From positions 32,001-96,000 of IMG/VR virus record IMGVR_UViG_3300020457_000004: 64,000 nucleotides of DNA; one strand, given 5' to 3'. Each line of letters starts with the position of its first letter. Position 1 is the first letter of the stretch. Below the pieces are notes generated by a model. The model saw nothing but the letters and a program-made list of their open reading frames with translations. It was not told the DNA's origin and searched no databases. This document shows, piece after piece, positions 47,133-56,049 of this stretch. Made by a program: the position numbers and the translations under genes. The DNA is from a virus.

Positions 47133-48731
47133 TTAGAAAGTAAATATTATTTTTACTGTCTCTACTTGACCCTCTTCTCTTGTAATAGGTTTTCTATTAT
47201 CAAAGTAAACTATGTCTCCAGAGTTGTGGTCTATTTCTGGATTTGTAAGACTATTTATAGGTAAACTAGAGAGTCCTTTTGTTAAATTTGTAATTGTGTC
47301 ACTAATGCCTATTCCTGCCACATCTTCCTGTAAATAAACACTATCGTCCGTTCCATTTCCTGTTGTATCTCTTAACTGTGCTACTGTAAAACTACCTCCA
47401 CTTGTCGCGGTTAGTTTATCGTCTGGGCCATAATTGTTGGGGTCACTTATTCCTATGATGAAATGAGGAGAACCAGTTGCATCATCGAATAAGGTACTTA
47501 AACTATATTTAGTAATGTTTTTCATCAACCCAACTTGTCTATAGTCGTTTCCTGTAATTAAATCTCTAGAATCATTATCAAAAGAAACTGTTACGCCCAC
47601 CCTCTTACAAAACAATTCTTTTTGTGGGTGAGCTCCGTGTCCGTCAATAGGTGATATGATAACTCTAAAAGCAGCATTAATTCCACCACCAGATGCCTGA
47701 GTAAGTTCAACACTTGCATTTGTATATCCAGAGCCTGGATTTGTTATGGTTACCCCTGTGACATTTCCATTTGTATTTACCACAGCGGCTGCAGTAGCAC
47801 CAACACCATCACCTAATATTTTTATACTTACATCACCAGCAGTATAATCTGAACCTTGATTTGTAACTACTATTTTATCAATGGTTCCTTTTACAGCAGT
47901 ACCTTCCACATTTGTTTGTAAACTTGGTGTGTCTGTACTTCCAAGAACAGCATCTGCTTTCGCGTTAGCACCAGCACCACCAGTTATAACTATGTCTGCA
48001 AAAGTATATCCAGAACCAGCACCAGTTATGGTTATAGCGGTTACTGCTCCACCACTTATAGTAGCAGCTGCAGTAGCACCAACACCATCTCCGTTTATGG
48101 TAATAGTAGGTGGTGAAGTATATCCACTTCCCCCATTACTAACTGTAATACTATCAATCTCACCGTTTACATCAAACGATGGTTGACCAGCACCAGATAC
48201 TTTTCTGACTGGCATAAATGCTGTAGATAAAAACTTAGTTCTATCTGAAGCACCTATTTGAAATAAAAATTTCCATTTATAACCATCTGAGGTTGTAAAT
48301 ATTTCAGTTCCAGTACTGTTTGGTTTTACGGTACTTTGTCCATTACTGTTATTATCAATACATTTGTAAACATTAAAATCGTCTGTTAAGGCATAAAAGT
48401 TTGCAGTATGTAATGATGTAGCACCAGAATTGGATGGATTTGAGGAACTATAAGCATCATCATACCTATCATAAACCGTACCAGTTACCCAATCAATCCT
48501 ACGAGCTAACATAGCCGTATCAGCAGACTGTACTCTTTTTACAAAAAGTATCTTGTCTCTGAAGTTCTGCACATCGACACGATTATCTACCGATGTATCA
48601 GGCGCAGTATCATCCGTCCATGTTTCAGTACGCGAGGCCGCAAGATAAAATTTATCATTGCCGTTATAGATGTCTCTATAGAAAGACCTCGCCTGATGAA
48701 ACCTTGCCTGTTCTAGTAACAGAATGGCCAT
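47133..48731 (-). CDS. gp8: baseplate wedge subunit
   Basis: [61 protein letters not shown]...Q.E..KII..F. Confidence 0.9.
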   Translation of the reverse strand: MAILLLEQARFHQARSFYRDIYNGNDKFYLAASRTETWTDDTAPDTSVDNRVDVQNFRDKILFVKRVQSADTAMLARRIDWVTGTVYDRYDDAYSSSNPSNSGATSLHTANFYALTDDFNVYKCIDNNSNGQSTVKPNSTGTEIFTTSDGYKWKFLFQIGASDRTKFLSTAFMPVRKVSGAGQPSFDVNGEIDSITVSNGGSGYTSPPTITINGDGVGATAAATISGGAVTAITITGAGSGYTFADIVITGGAGANAKADAVLGSTDTPSLQTNVEGTAVKGTIDKIVVTNQGSDYTAGDVSIKILGDGVGATAAAVVNTNGNVTGVTITNPGSGYTNASVELTQASGGGINAAFRVIISPIDGHGAHPQKELFCKRVGVTVSFDNDSRDLITGNDYRQVGLMKNITKYSLSTLFDDATGSPHFIIGISDPNNYGPDDKLTATSGGSFTVAQLRDTTGNGTDDSVYLQEDVAGIGISDTITNLTKGLSSLPINSLTNPEIDHNSGDIVYFDNRKPITREEGQVETVKIIFTF

Positions 48732-48754
48732 GCACTAACTCCTTAGTTTAACTC

Positions 48755-49204
48755 TTAGGAGTCAGATACAGTAACCGTCCAAGTGATCTTTAGTGTATCA
48801 GCAGCGGCTTTGTTTACCACAGAAAATACAGTTCTACACAGTAGCGTACCACCAGAACTAGCGTTTAAGATTCCTGCCTCAACAACCGCACCTGTACCAG
48901 TACCAGCGGGGAAGTCCCCAACATAAGCGACTGAATTTGAAGTGACAGTAGTAGAAGTAAGAGCAACCCTACCAAGTTCTGTACCTAATGCGGTATTACC
49001 AGCAGCGGCAGCAGTATTATCTGAACCGATTGCCATATGTGACATCGCGGTAGCAGATGCATCTTTCATACGAGATGCGATATAGTTAAGACCGTTGTTT
49101 ACAACGACATTTTTTATTTCTTGGGTTTCTTTTAAGTTCCCAAACTCATCAAACAACTCAAGAGTCAATCGACCCTTAGCGTCTAAGGCATTTTTTTGCA
49201 ACAT
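48755..49204 (-). CDS. small virion protein (tail-collar/fibre attachment domain-like)
   Basis: N.VV..G...IA.R, MSHMAIG, TALG.ELGRV, EAGI.NA...G..L.RTVF.VVNK...DTL.ITW. Confidence 0.65.
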   Translation of the reverse strand: MLQKNALDAKGRLTLELFDEFGNLKETQEIKNVVVNNGLNYIASRMKDASATAMSHMAIGSDNTAAAAGNTALGTELGRVALTSTTVTSNSVAYVGDFPAGTGTGAVVEAGILNASSGGTLLCRTVFSVVNKAAADTLKITWTVTVSDS

Positions 49205-49245
49205 TGTTATCTCCTCTAAAAATTAGTTATTGCCTTGTTATTCCT

Positions 49246-49253
49246 TATTTATA
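49246..49253 (-). promoter_or_regulatory. late promoter
   Basis: TATAAATA in the gap upstream of 49204. Confidence 0.8.
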
Positions 49254-49270
49254 AGAATTAAAATTAGTTT

Positions 49271-52200
49271 TTAAAAATTCACTACCGTATCAGCAACATA
49301 ATCTTCGGCAAAGTAAGTTAAATCGACTGTATATGATTGTGAGATAAGACTACCACTATCACTTATAGCAGCATCTTCGTCCACGGAAGAACCTGTGAGG
49401 TCTATCTCTATATCAAGTTTAGTAATTGAATCAGCAGTATTTGAAGTATCTGTTGGGCCAGTTGTGATATCAAAATTATTTATACTGTCAGCAGTAGCAC
49501 TTGTATCAGTTGGATTGACACCTATATCAAACTTATTCACACTATCTGCGGTAGCTACTGAGTCAGTAGGTCTTGGTTGTGCCTCTACAGATGGAGTGTC
49601 TTGCGTTAGTGTTGTATCAGTACTAATCAATTGTGGTTCTATTGATAGTGTATCATCACTTGTAAATGTGTCAGCTCTACCAGCGGTTACATCAAATGCT
49701 GTTGAATCATCCGCATTTGGTGTATCTGTTGGGTTAACTCCGATATCAAATTTATCAATCGCGTCAGCAAACAGAAGAGTCTCAACAGCACCAACACCTC
49801 TTTCTACACTTACTGAATCTTGCATTGTAAATGAGTCAGTCGGATTTCTGAAGAATACGAATGATATCAATACAGACTCACCCATTTCTACACTATCCGT
49901 TGCGACAGCCTGAACTTCAAGTGATGTTAGTGTATCATTAGCAAAGAAGAATTCTGTACTTCTTTCGGTATCATCTGCAATAAGAACCGTATATCTACCA
50001 GCATCGTTAGCAAAGTAATCCAATGCGTATTCACCAGTATCCGTTGAATTGAAATTCATCTCTACTAGTTTTTGTGGATTACCAAGTTCTACATACGGGC
50101 CACCGTCATTTAAGAAATAGTCACCAACACCAAATCTTTCTACATAGTCATCTGATGCAGAACTGTGTTGTTCAAAGTATGGGTCACCAGTTTCAGTTCC
50201 ATCTGAAGTCGCGTAGAAAACTCTTACGGATGTACCAACAAATGTATACGGGCCTTCTTCAGATTGAATTCCAACACTCTCTGTTTGAGTAGTTGTGACA
50301 TCAAATGTATTGATGGCATCGCCTGGGAAAATTGAATCAGGCCCTGCTTCTGCAATCTCAACTGCCTTAACCACACTTTCATCAACAAGAATTTCCTCAA
50401 TGTCTGGATACTTGAAGAACATGTAAACATCTGTTTCAACTGTAAATCCAGCAGAGAAATCAATATCCTGTTTAATTTGTAGGTCACCATATAATGCAAA
50501 ACCAGCTGGGTGAGCAGCTCGTTTGACATAATCTTTCCATTCAGATGCTTGTAATTCTGATTGTATCTGATAGGCGAATGGTTGATAAACTATGTTATCG
50601 AATAGTCTGTTTGCATCTGATAGGAATCCACCAGCGTCACCAGCAACTCCACCTAGAACTGCATTATATCCTGTATTAAAGTCAACTAAAGCAATCTGAC
50701 CAGTAGGTGATTCCAATTCTATTTGGAAATCCTGTCTGTTAAATCCTTGTCCTACCGCGAGAACTTCAAATGTAGCAGGATATCCAACATCGTTCAATGA
50801 TGTAATTCTTACATAGGCATTATTAGATACGCCTGTTAGTGTATAATCCTCTCCAAAATAATCTATAGCATAGACACCCAGAATACCACCACTTTCATTG
50901 ATAACATAAGAATCACCAATTTTAAATCCACCAGCGGTTGTGCTTGACCCATCTTTTATTGAGTTAAATTTAGCAGTATTTAAAACCCTAGTTACCATAC
51001 CTTTCATAGCAGAGAAGACATCACCACTAGTGGTGTCTGGGAATACTTCTCCCGCTAAACTAACAAAGGTAAGAGTTAATCCTGTTGATATTCTAAGGTC
51101 TGGTAAATTATTATATCCTGCCCCTTGTTGGTTATTTGTAAATAAAATTTGGTCTACAACACCATTTGTGGTTCTAGTTTCTATTAGCGCTTCTTGAGTA
51201 ATAGTATCAGAAGCATTTTCGCTTACGATAATTTGTGGGTTAGCAGCAAATCCAGTACCACCATCAATAATAATAACTTTCTTTACTTTACCATTTGTAA
51301 TAGAGGCAACTTTTATTTTAACCCCTGTTCCTGTTCCACCAAATTCAGTAGCAGGAATTTCTATTATTTCATTTGGATAATAATCAGTACCATTATCTGT
51401 CACCGTAACACTAGATACCGCGTTGCCAGCAATAACTACTGTAAATGTCGCACCAGAACTACCACTAGAATAATGTCCTGTAGCACTAGTTATTTCAATA
51501 AATCTAAACTTAACATTACCATCTATAGCGTCACCCGACTCATGATTTGGCCCAGTTCCAACACCATTGGTAACTCCTTGGTTAGTAGCAAGGTATATTT
51601 TATTATTTGCTTTTACATATGTTCCTTTAGATATTGCTAAAGAATTATCGTAGTCAATATCAATGTAAGAAGTAAAGTCTGAATCAGTAATACTATATGT
51701 ACCATCAACTACTGAGGGGTCTGGTGTGTTAAAAGAACCTCCCCCCTCTGTTCCTGTAATTGTACCTATGTCTCCTGCTACTTCTGGTTGAAGCATTTCA
51801 TCATTTGAAAGACTACCAGCGCCTGGGCCTGGCAAACTAAAAGTATTGTTTATTCCAGATAGTACAAGTTCATATGCTTGGGGGTTAGTGTAAGCAATTT
51901 TTTTGACAGATTGGACACTTGCTCTTTTAGTAAAAGCATTTGTAACCGAACCAGTTGATTCATAGTAATGAAGGTCTACTTGTTGACCAACAAAATTCTG
52001 TGGGTCGAAATCTTCTGTATCCGCGTTGATAAAAGTTTTTCTTTCATAAACTTTTACAACATAATCTTCTTGCCATTTACTTGAAGATGGTCTAAGTACA
52101 AACTCCTGTGCATTGAATAGTTCTACTTCTTCATTATAAAGTATTCTGAATAAAAGTTTGATTGCTTCTCCACTACCTTTCGCAGTATAGAAGTCATTAA

Positions 52201-53065
52201 TATTTTTTAAAACAAGACTTAATTTAGCAGTCTGACCTAAAGGTAAATCTTTTACATAGTCCTTATAAAACTCTTTAAGAAAATTATCGTCTGTATTGAT
52301 ACTTCCATCATCGTTAAAATCAACATCTAGTTTAGCAAGAAAATCTTGTAATACTTTAAGTGGGCCGTGTTTAGAAGAATCAGTTTCATTAGTGAGTTCC
52401 ATGAACTCAAAATACTTTTCAATAAATGTTTGAAAAAGAGCGTGGTCGTTTCTAATAAATTCTGGTAATTGTTGACCAACAAGTTTTGAAATTTTAGGTT
52501 GTGCGTATACATCTGCTTTCGCAATGATGTCAACTTCTGCTGTTAGGATTGCCCCCTGCCCACCATTGATGTGAGTAATAGTACCAACAACAGTTAATTC
52601 TGAACCAGTACCACCAAGAGCGGTAGGTAAAAATGAAACAGTATCACCTTCTACATAATCATTACCATTTGAAACTGGTGTTATAGAAGTTACATCACCA
52701 TTGCCATTGATAACAATAGTAAATGTACCAAATTGACCAACCCCACTCGTAGAAGTAGGTTCAACACCAGTATATGTTCCAGCGTCAAGTCCTGTGTTTG
52801 TAGTAGTACTAGTAACAGTTGTAGCACCACCAGATACTTTTACTGAAGGAGTTAGAACATATCCATCACCACCCTCAGTAATATTAATCGCGGTTATATC
52901 ACCAGAACCAGAAAAGTCAATCGTAGCAGTAGCTGCGGCTTGTATCGGGTTATCACCAGTAGGTGCATCTATTAAAAGGGTGACTCCCGATGTATATCCA
53001 GAACCAGCGCTGGTGATAGCGATGGTTTTGATATATTCTAGATATGATGGTATTCGATTAGTCAT
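49271..53065 (-). CDS. gp7: baseplate wedge initiator with C-terminal repeat extension
   Basis: QLPEFIR.D...F..F..KYFE.ME, K.I.DFY..KGS..A.KLLFRILYN, L.PS...W, D...YQ.F.Y.I.S, HPAGF..YG; follows gp6. Confidence 0.8.
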   Translation of the reverse strand: MTNRIPSYLEYIKTIAITSAGSGYTSGVTLLIDAPTGDNPIQAAATATIDFSGSGDITAINITEGGDGYVLTPSVKVSGGATTVTSTTTNTGLDAGTYTGVEPTSTSGVGQFGTFTIVINGNGDVTSITPVSNGNDYVEGDTVSFLPTALGGTGSELTVVGTITHINGGQGAILTAEVDIIAKADVYAQPKISKLVGQQLPEFIRNDHALFQTFIEKYFEFMELTNETDSSKHGPLKVLQDFLAKLDVDFNDDGSINTDDNFLKEFYKDYVKDLPLGQTAKLSLVLKNINDFYTAKGSGEAIKLLFRILYNEEVELFNAQEFVLRPSSSKWQEDYVVKVYERKTFINADTEDFDPQNFVGQQVDLHYYESTGSVTNAFTKRASVQSVKKIAYTNPQAYELVLSGINNTFSLPGPGAGSLSNDEMLQPEVAGDIGTITGTEGGGSFNTPDPSVVDGTYSITDSDFTSYIDIDYDNSLAISKGTYVKANNKIYLATNQGVTNGVGTGPNHESGDAIDGNVKFRFIEITSATGHYSSGSSGATFTVVIAGNAVSSVTVTDNGTDYYPNEIIEIPATEFGGTGTGVKIKVASITNGKVKKVIIIDGGTGFAANPQIIVSENASDTITQEALIETRTTNGVVDQILFTNNQQGAGYNNLPDLRISTGLTLTFVSLAGEVFPDTTSGDVFSAMKGMVTRVLNTAKFNSIKDGSSTTAGGFKIGDSYVINESGGILGVYAIDYFGEDYTLTGVSNNAYVRITSLNDVGYPATFEVLAVGQGFNRQDFQIELESPTGQIALVDFNTGYNAVLGGVAGDAGGFLSDANRLFDNIVYQPFAYQIQSELQASEWKDYVKRAAHPAGFALYGDLQIKQDIDFSAGFTVETDVYMFFKYPDIEEILVDESVVKAVEIAEAGPDSIFPGDAINTFDVTTTQTESVGIQSEEGPYTFVGTSVRVFYATSDGTETGDPYFEQHSSASDDYVERFGVGDYFLNDGGPYVELGNPQKLVEMNFNSTDTGEYALDYFANDAGRYTVLIADDTERSTEFFFANDTLTSLEVQAVATDSVEMGESVLISFVFFRNPTDSFTMQDSVSVERGVGAVETLLFADAIDKFDIGVNPTDTPNADDSTAFDVTAGRADTFTSDDTLSIEPQLISTDTTLTQDTPSVEAQPRPTDSVATADSVNKFDIGVNPTDTSATADSINNFDITTGPTDTSNTADSITKLDIEIDLTGSSVDEDAAISDSGSLISQSYTVDLTYFAEDYVADTVVNF

Positions 53066-54992
53066 CCTTTACCCTTGATATCATAGTAACAGCAACACCT
53101 TGTTTGACATTATTGGTGGTATCTACTTGAGAATCATCAAGGGATAGGATTATGTTTCTTGCTGGCAAAGCAGTAACAGCATAACTTTGTTCTTCGGTTG
53201 CACGAACTAAATCATCTGTAGAAATATTTTTAGCACTTTCATGTGGTGTTATGTAAACCCTAACATCATTATTTCCTGCCCCACTTATAGCATCTATTCG
53301 CAAAGATGTTATATCCAATGACCCTGTGTCATAATCGATAGTCCCTACAGTACCCCCTATAATTGTATTTGTTTCTTTTGTTTTTAAAATAAGGTCACCT
53401 TTTGCAAGGTTAAATCGTTGACCGTTATATTGTTGTGAGGCAGTAAATGTCTCATCTGGTTTATCTGTAATATAAACTTCATCTTGAGAACCGTTTATAT
53501 TTACAGTAAAATAATTTGTTCTAACAGAACTAGCTAATAGTTTGTTATTGTACTTCAATTGATATCTAGTAGGAGTTTCAAGAGTAGGCGTCAATTTTTT
53601 CATTAACCTCATCTCTATATTATTTGCCAAAATAGAATCACTTACTGAATCTAATTCTTTACTTAATTTTGAGAAGAAGAAGTTTTTCTTTAATTCGTTA
53701 ACATTAGTATCAAAGTGAGATGTTACTTGGTCTAGTACTTTTGTCTTAATAGCATCTGAACTTTCCGTAGTTAGTTTCGGGTCATAAGTTACAGCAATAT
53801 TGAAACCTATGAATAAAGTTTCCGCGTCAACAAATTCAGTAACCAATGATACTGGAAGTTTTGGTTTGATAACATTATTAGCAATCTCATTTTTTTCTGT
53901 ATCAGTTATAACAAATCCAGTTTGAGGTTGAAGTGATATATAAACTGTTCCATAGACAGGCGGTACATTATCTTCTCCGCCCCAGACTGTTACAGATTTA
54001 ATATTTGGATTTGATTGTTTGATTGCAGTTTCGTAGTCAGTAGATGTCACAACCCTACCTTTAGCAGAATTAAATCGCGGTGCATTAAAACGAATACTGT
54101 TTATGTTTTCTAACTCGAATCCACCTGTAGCTGCTGAAACAGTTTTACCTGTAAGGTTTTCAGCTGAACCTGTAATACTTGATGGTGGAGAAAATTTCCT
54201 AGCACCATTTCCTTTTGTGGCATTTCCTAGAATGTATTCGCATATGACAATGTTTCCTACATCTAATTGTTTACCAAGAACACCGTCACCAAAAACAACT
54301 TGGTAAAATCCATCTGTTCTTTCTTCTAAGTAAAATACAGTAGACTTAGATGTAACTCCAGTAATTTGTTCTGACAACGCGAATGGCGTAGCATTTAAGT
54401 TAGTACTAGAAGTCTGTACTCTTACTGACAAAGTAGTTGTATCAACATTATCATTGGGTAATATTACTGGGCCAGACCTATTCGTACTATTAATAACCTC
54501 AGAAGTGGTAACTCTTGTTCCTTCCACCAAAGTTATATTAGTAAATCTAAAAGCAGCCACACCATTAATAACTGATTTGTCTACGGTGTAATCTTTATCT
54601 GGTAAAAAGTTAAAGTTTCTTCCGTTTACATTAGATGTAAATATCCTGTCTTTTGTTAAAGTAAGACTCGTTGATGTAAAAGCTGGGTCTGGTACTATTG
54701 TAAGGTCAATAACAGCCTTAGCAGAACGGGCAGACCTTGGTGTGTATCCCATTGTTTTTGCAATCGATACAACTGAATTTCTTTTGACAGCAGAATCAAT
54801 AAATGCTTCATTGGATACCATATGAGCAAGGACGGCATTGTAGTGTGTATTATATGCGAGTAAATCTATAAGTTGCGAAATACCAGATGCTTCAAAGTCG
54901 TAGTCTGCAAACTCAGTTTGATTTTTTAAGTGTGTTTTTAGATTTGTTTTTATAGTATCGAAATCTAATTCTGTTACATTCTTGACTGCCAT
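53058..54992 (-). CDS. gp6: baseplate wedge subunit
   Basis: LDFD.IK.NLK..L..Q.EF.DYDFE.SG...L.DLLAYNTHYNA, FGDGVLGK, R.VT..DY, WGGEDN.PP.YG. Confidence 0.95.
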   Translation of the reverse strand: MAVKNVTELDFDTIKTNLKTHLKNQTEFADYDFEASGISQLIDLLAYNTHYNAVLAHMVSNEAFIDSAVKRNSVVSIAKTMGYTPRSARSAKAVIDLTIVPDPAFTSTSLTLTKDRIFTSNVNGRNFNFLPDKDYTVDKSVINGVAAFRFTNITLVEGTRVTTSEVINSTNRSGPVILPNDNVDTTTLSVRVQTSSTNLNATPFALSEQITGVTSKSTVFYLEERTDGFYQVVFGDGVLGKQLDVGNIVICEYILGNATKGNGARKFSPPSSITGSAENLTGKTVSAATGGFELENINSIRFNAPRFNSAKGRVVTSTDYETAIKQSNPNIKSVTVWGGEDNVPPVYGTVYISLQPQTGFVITDTEKNEIANNVIKPKLPVSLVTEFVDAETLFIGFNIAVTYDPKLTTESSDAIKTKVLDQVTSHFDTNVNELKKNFFFSKLSKELDSVSDSILANNIEMRLMKKLTPTLETPTRYQLKYNNKLLASSVRTNYFTVNINGSQDEVYITDKPDETFTASQQYNGQRFNLAKGDLILKTKETNTIIGGTVGTIDYDTGSLDITSLRIDAISGAGNNDVRVYITPHESAKNISTDDLVRATEEQSYAVTALPARNIILSLDDSQVDTTNNVKQGVAVTMISRVKDD

Positions 54993-55388
54993 TTATCTCA
55001 ACCTCTCTAAAACTATTCCGAGTTCTTGCAACTCCCTAATCCCTCTTACGAAAAAGAACACTTTACATGAAAATGAATTTTCATTTTGATCTGGGTAAAC
55101 CTCTACCTCTTCTACTACAACCCTTGGTTCAAAGTTAACAATCGCTCTTTTTATTTCTGTCGCAAGACTCGTACCAGTAGCCACATCGACTGGTTCAAAT
55201 AATAGTCCTCTTATTGGAGAACCATATTGCGGTTTAAATGGTTTTTCATAGTATTGAGTTAACAACAATGACTTCAACGATTGTTTAACCGCTTGAACAT
55301 CTACTCTCCGAGCAATATCCTTTGTATTTGGGTTTTTTGTAAAACTCAAATCAAAATCTTTATATATTGTAGTAGGTCGTTTAAGCAT
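54993..55388 (-). CDS. gp25: baseplate wedge subunit (sheath initiator)
   Basis: YKD.DLSF..NP...D, AVKQS...L.LT...EKPF.P..GS.I..LLFE, NFEPRV, LER.R; start moved from 55412 to 55388 (late promoter directly upstream). Confidence 0.93.
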   Translation of the reverse strand: MLKRPTTIYKDFDLSFTKNPNTKDIARRVDVQAVKQSLKSLLLTQYYEKPFKPQYGSPIRGLLFEPVDVATGTSLATEIKRAIVNFEPRVVVEEVEVYPDQNENSFSCKVFFFVRGIRELQELGIVLERLR

Positions 55389-55393
55389 GTGAC

Positions 55394-55401
55394 TATTTAT
55401 A
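55394..55401 (-). promoter_or_regulatory. late promoter for gp25 (probably leaderless transcript)
   Basis: TATAAATA-GTCAC-ATG. Confidence 0.75.
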
Positions 55402-55411
55402 ATACTTTGCA

Positions 55412-56038
55412 CTAGGCAAATGCGTTCTTAGTATCTTTATCTACTTTAGATTCTTTTTGTACAACTTCCAATCTTAAATTCTTGAGAAAGTCCTTTAACC
55501 TTTCTATCGTGGGTGAAACCCCTTCGTTTATTAATTCTTCAGCATCTATCTCTCCAGCATCAAGATTAAACTTGGCAGAAGTTACTTTAATCTTACCGTT
55601 TTTTGCCTTTTCAAAATTTGGCATTGCCTCACATAGACTTTCCAAATCTGAACCAAGACTATCAAAGAATCCAACTGGGTCTCTCATGATGTTGTTTATG
55701 GTATTGTTCTTATCACCATATTTTTCTTCAATCTCTTTAGCTTTAGCAATAAACCGTTCTGTTTGTGCCGCTAATGCCACCAAATCACCAAGTTCATCCG
55801 CGAATGGTATACCATCTCTTAATTGTTTAAGAAAGTTTTCTAGGTTACCAAATTCTTCTTGGAACAAGGCCTCAAACTCTCCTTGCATAGCAAGAAATTT
55901 TGCTTTAAGAAAATTGATACCCAGTTCACTCGCAATCGCATCAACAGTAGTATCAACTGCTAGGTCAATTTGGTCTTGTAGTTGGTCAATCTTATCCGCG
56001 ATTTCCCCAAATGCTTTTCCTATACCTTTACAACTCAT
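55412..56038 (-). CDS. hypothetical helical protein between gp5 and gp25
   Basis: 208-aa ORF, GGAG SD, in operon. Confidence 0.65.
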   Translation of the reverse strand: MSCKGIGKAFGEIADKIDQLQDQIDLAVDTTVDAIASELGINFLKAKFLAMQGEFEALFQEEFGNLENFLKQLRDGIPFADELGDLVALAAQTERFIAKAKEIEEKYGDKNNTINNIMRDPVGFFDSLGSDLESLCEAMPNFEKAKNGKIKVTSAKFNLDAGEIDAEELINEGVSPTIERLKDFLKNLRLEVVQKESKVDKDTKNAFA

Positions 56039-56049
56039 TTATTTCTCCA

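Noticed and set aside
39410-49913. Several + strand ORFs of 60-172 aa opposite fibre/baseplate genes
   Set aside because: Ser/Val/Pro/Ala-rich mirror translations of Thr/Gly/Ala-rich structural genes
49400-49960. Regularly spaced DNA repeats resembling a CRISPR-like or VNTR array
   Set aside because: Degenerate, in frame and explained by the 18-19-aa protein repeat of gp7; no constant repeat-spacer structure and no cas genes
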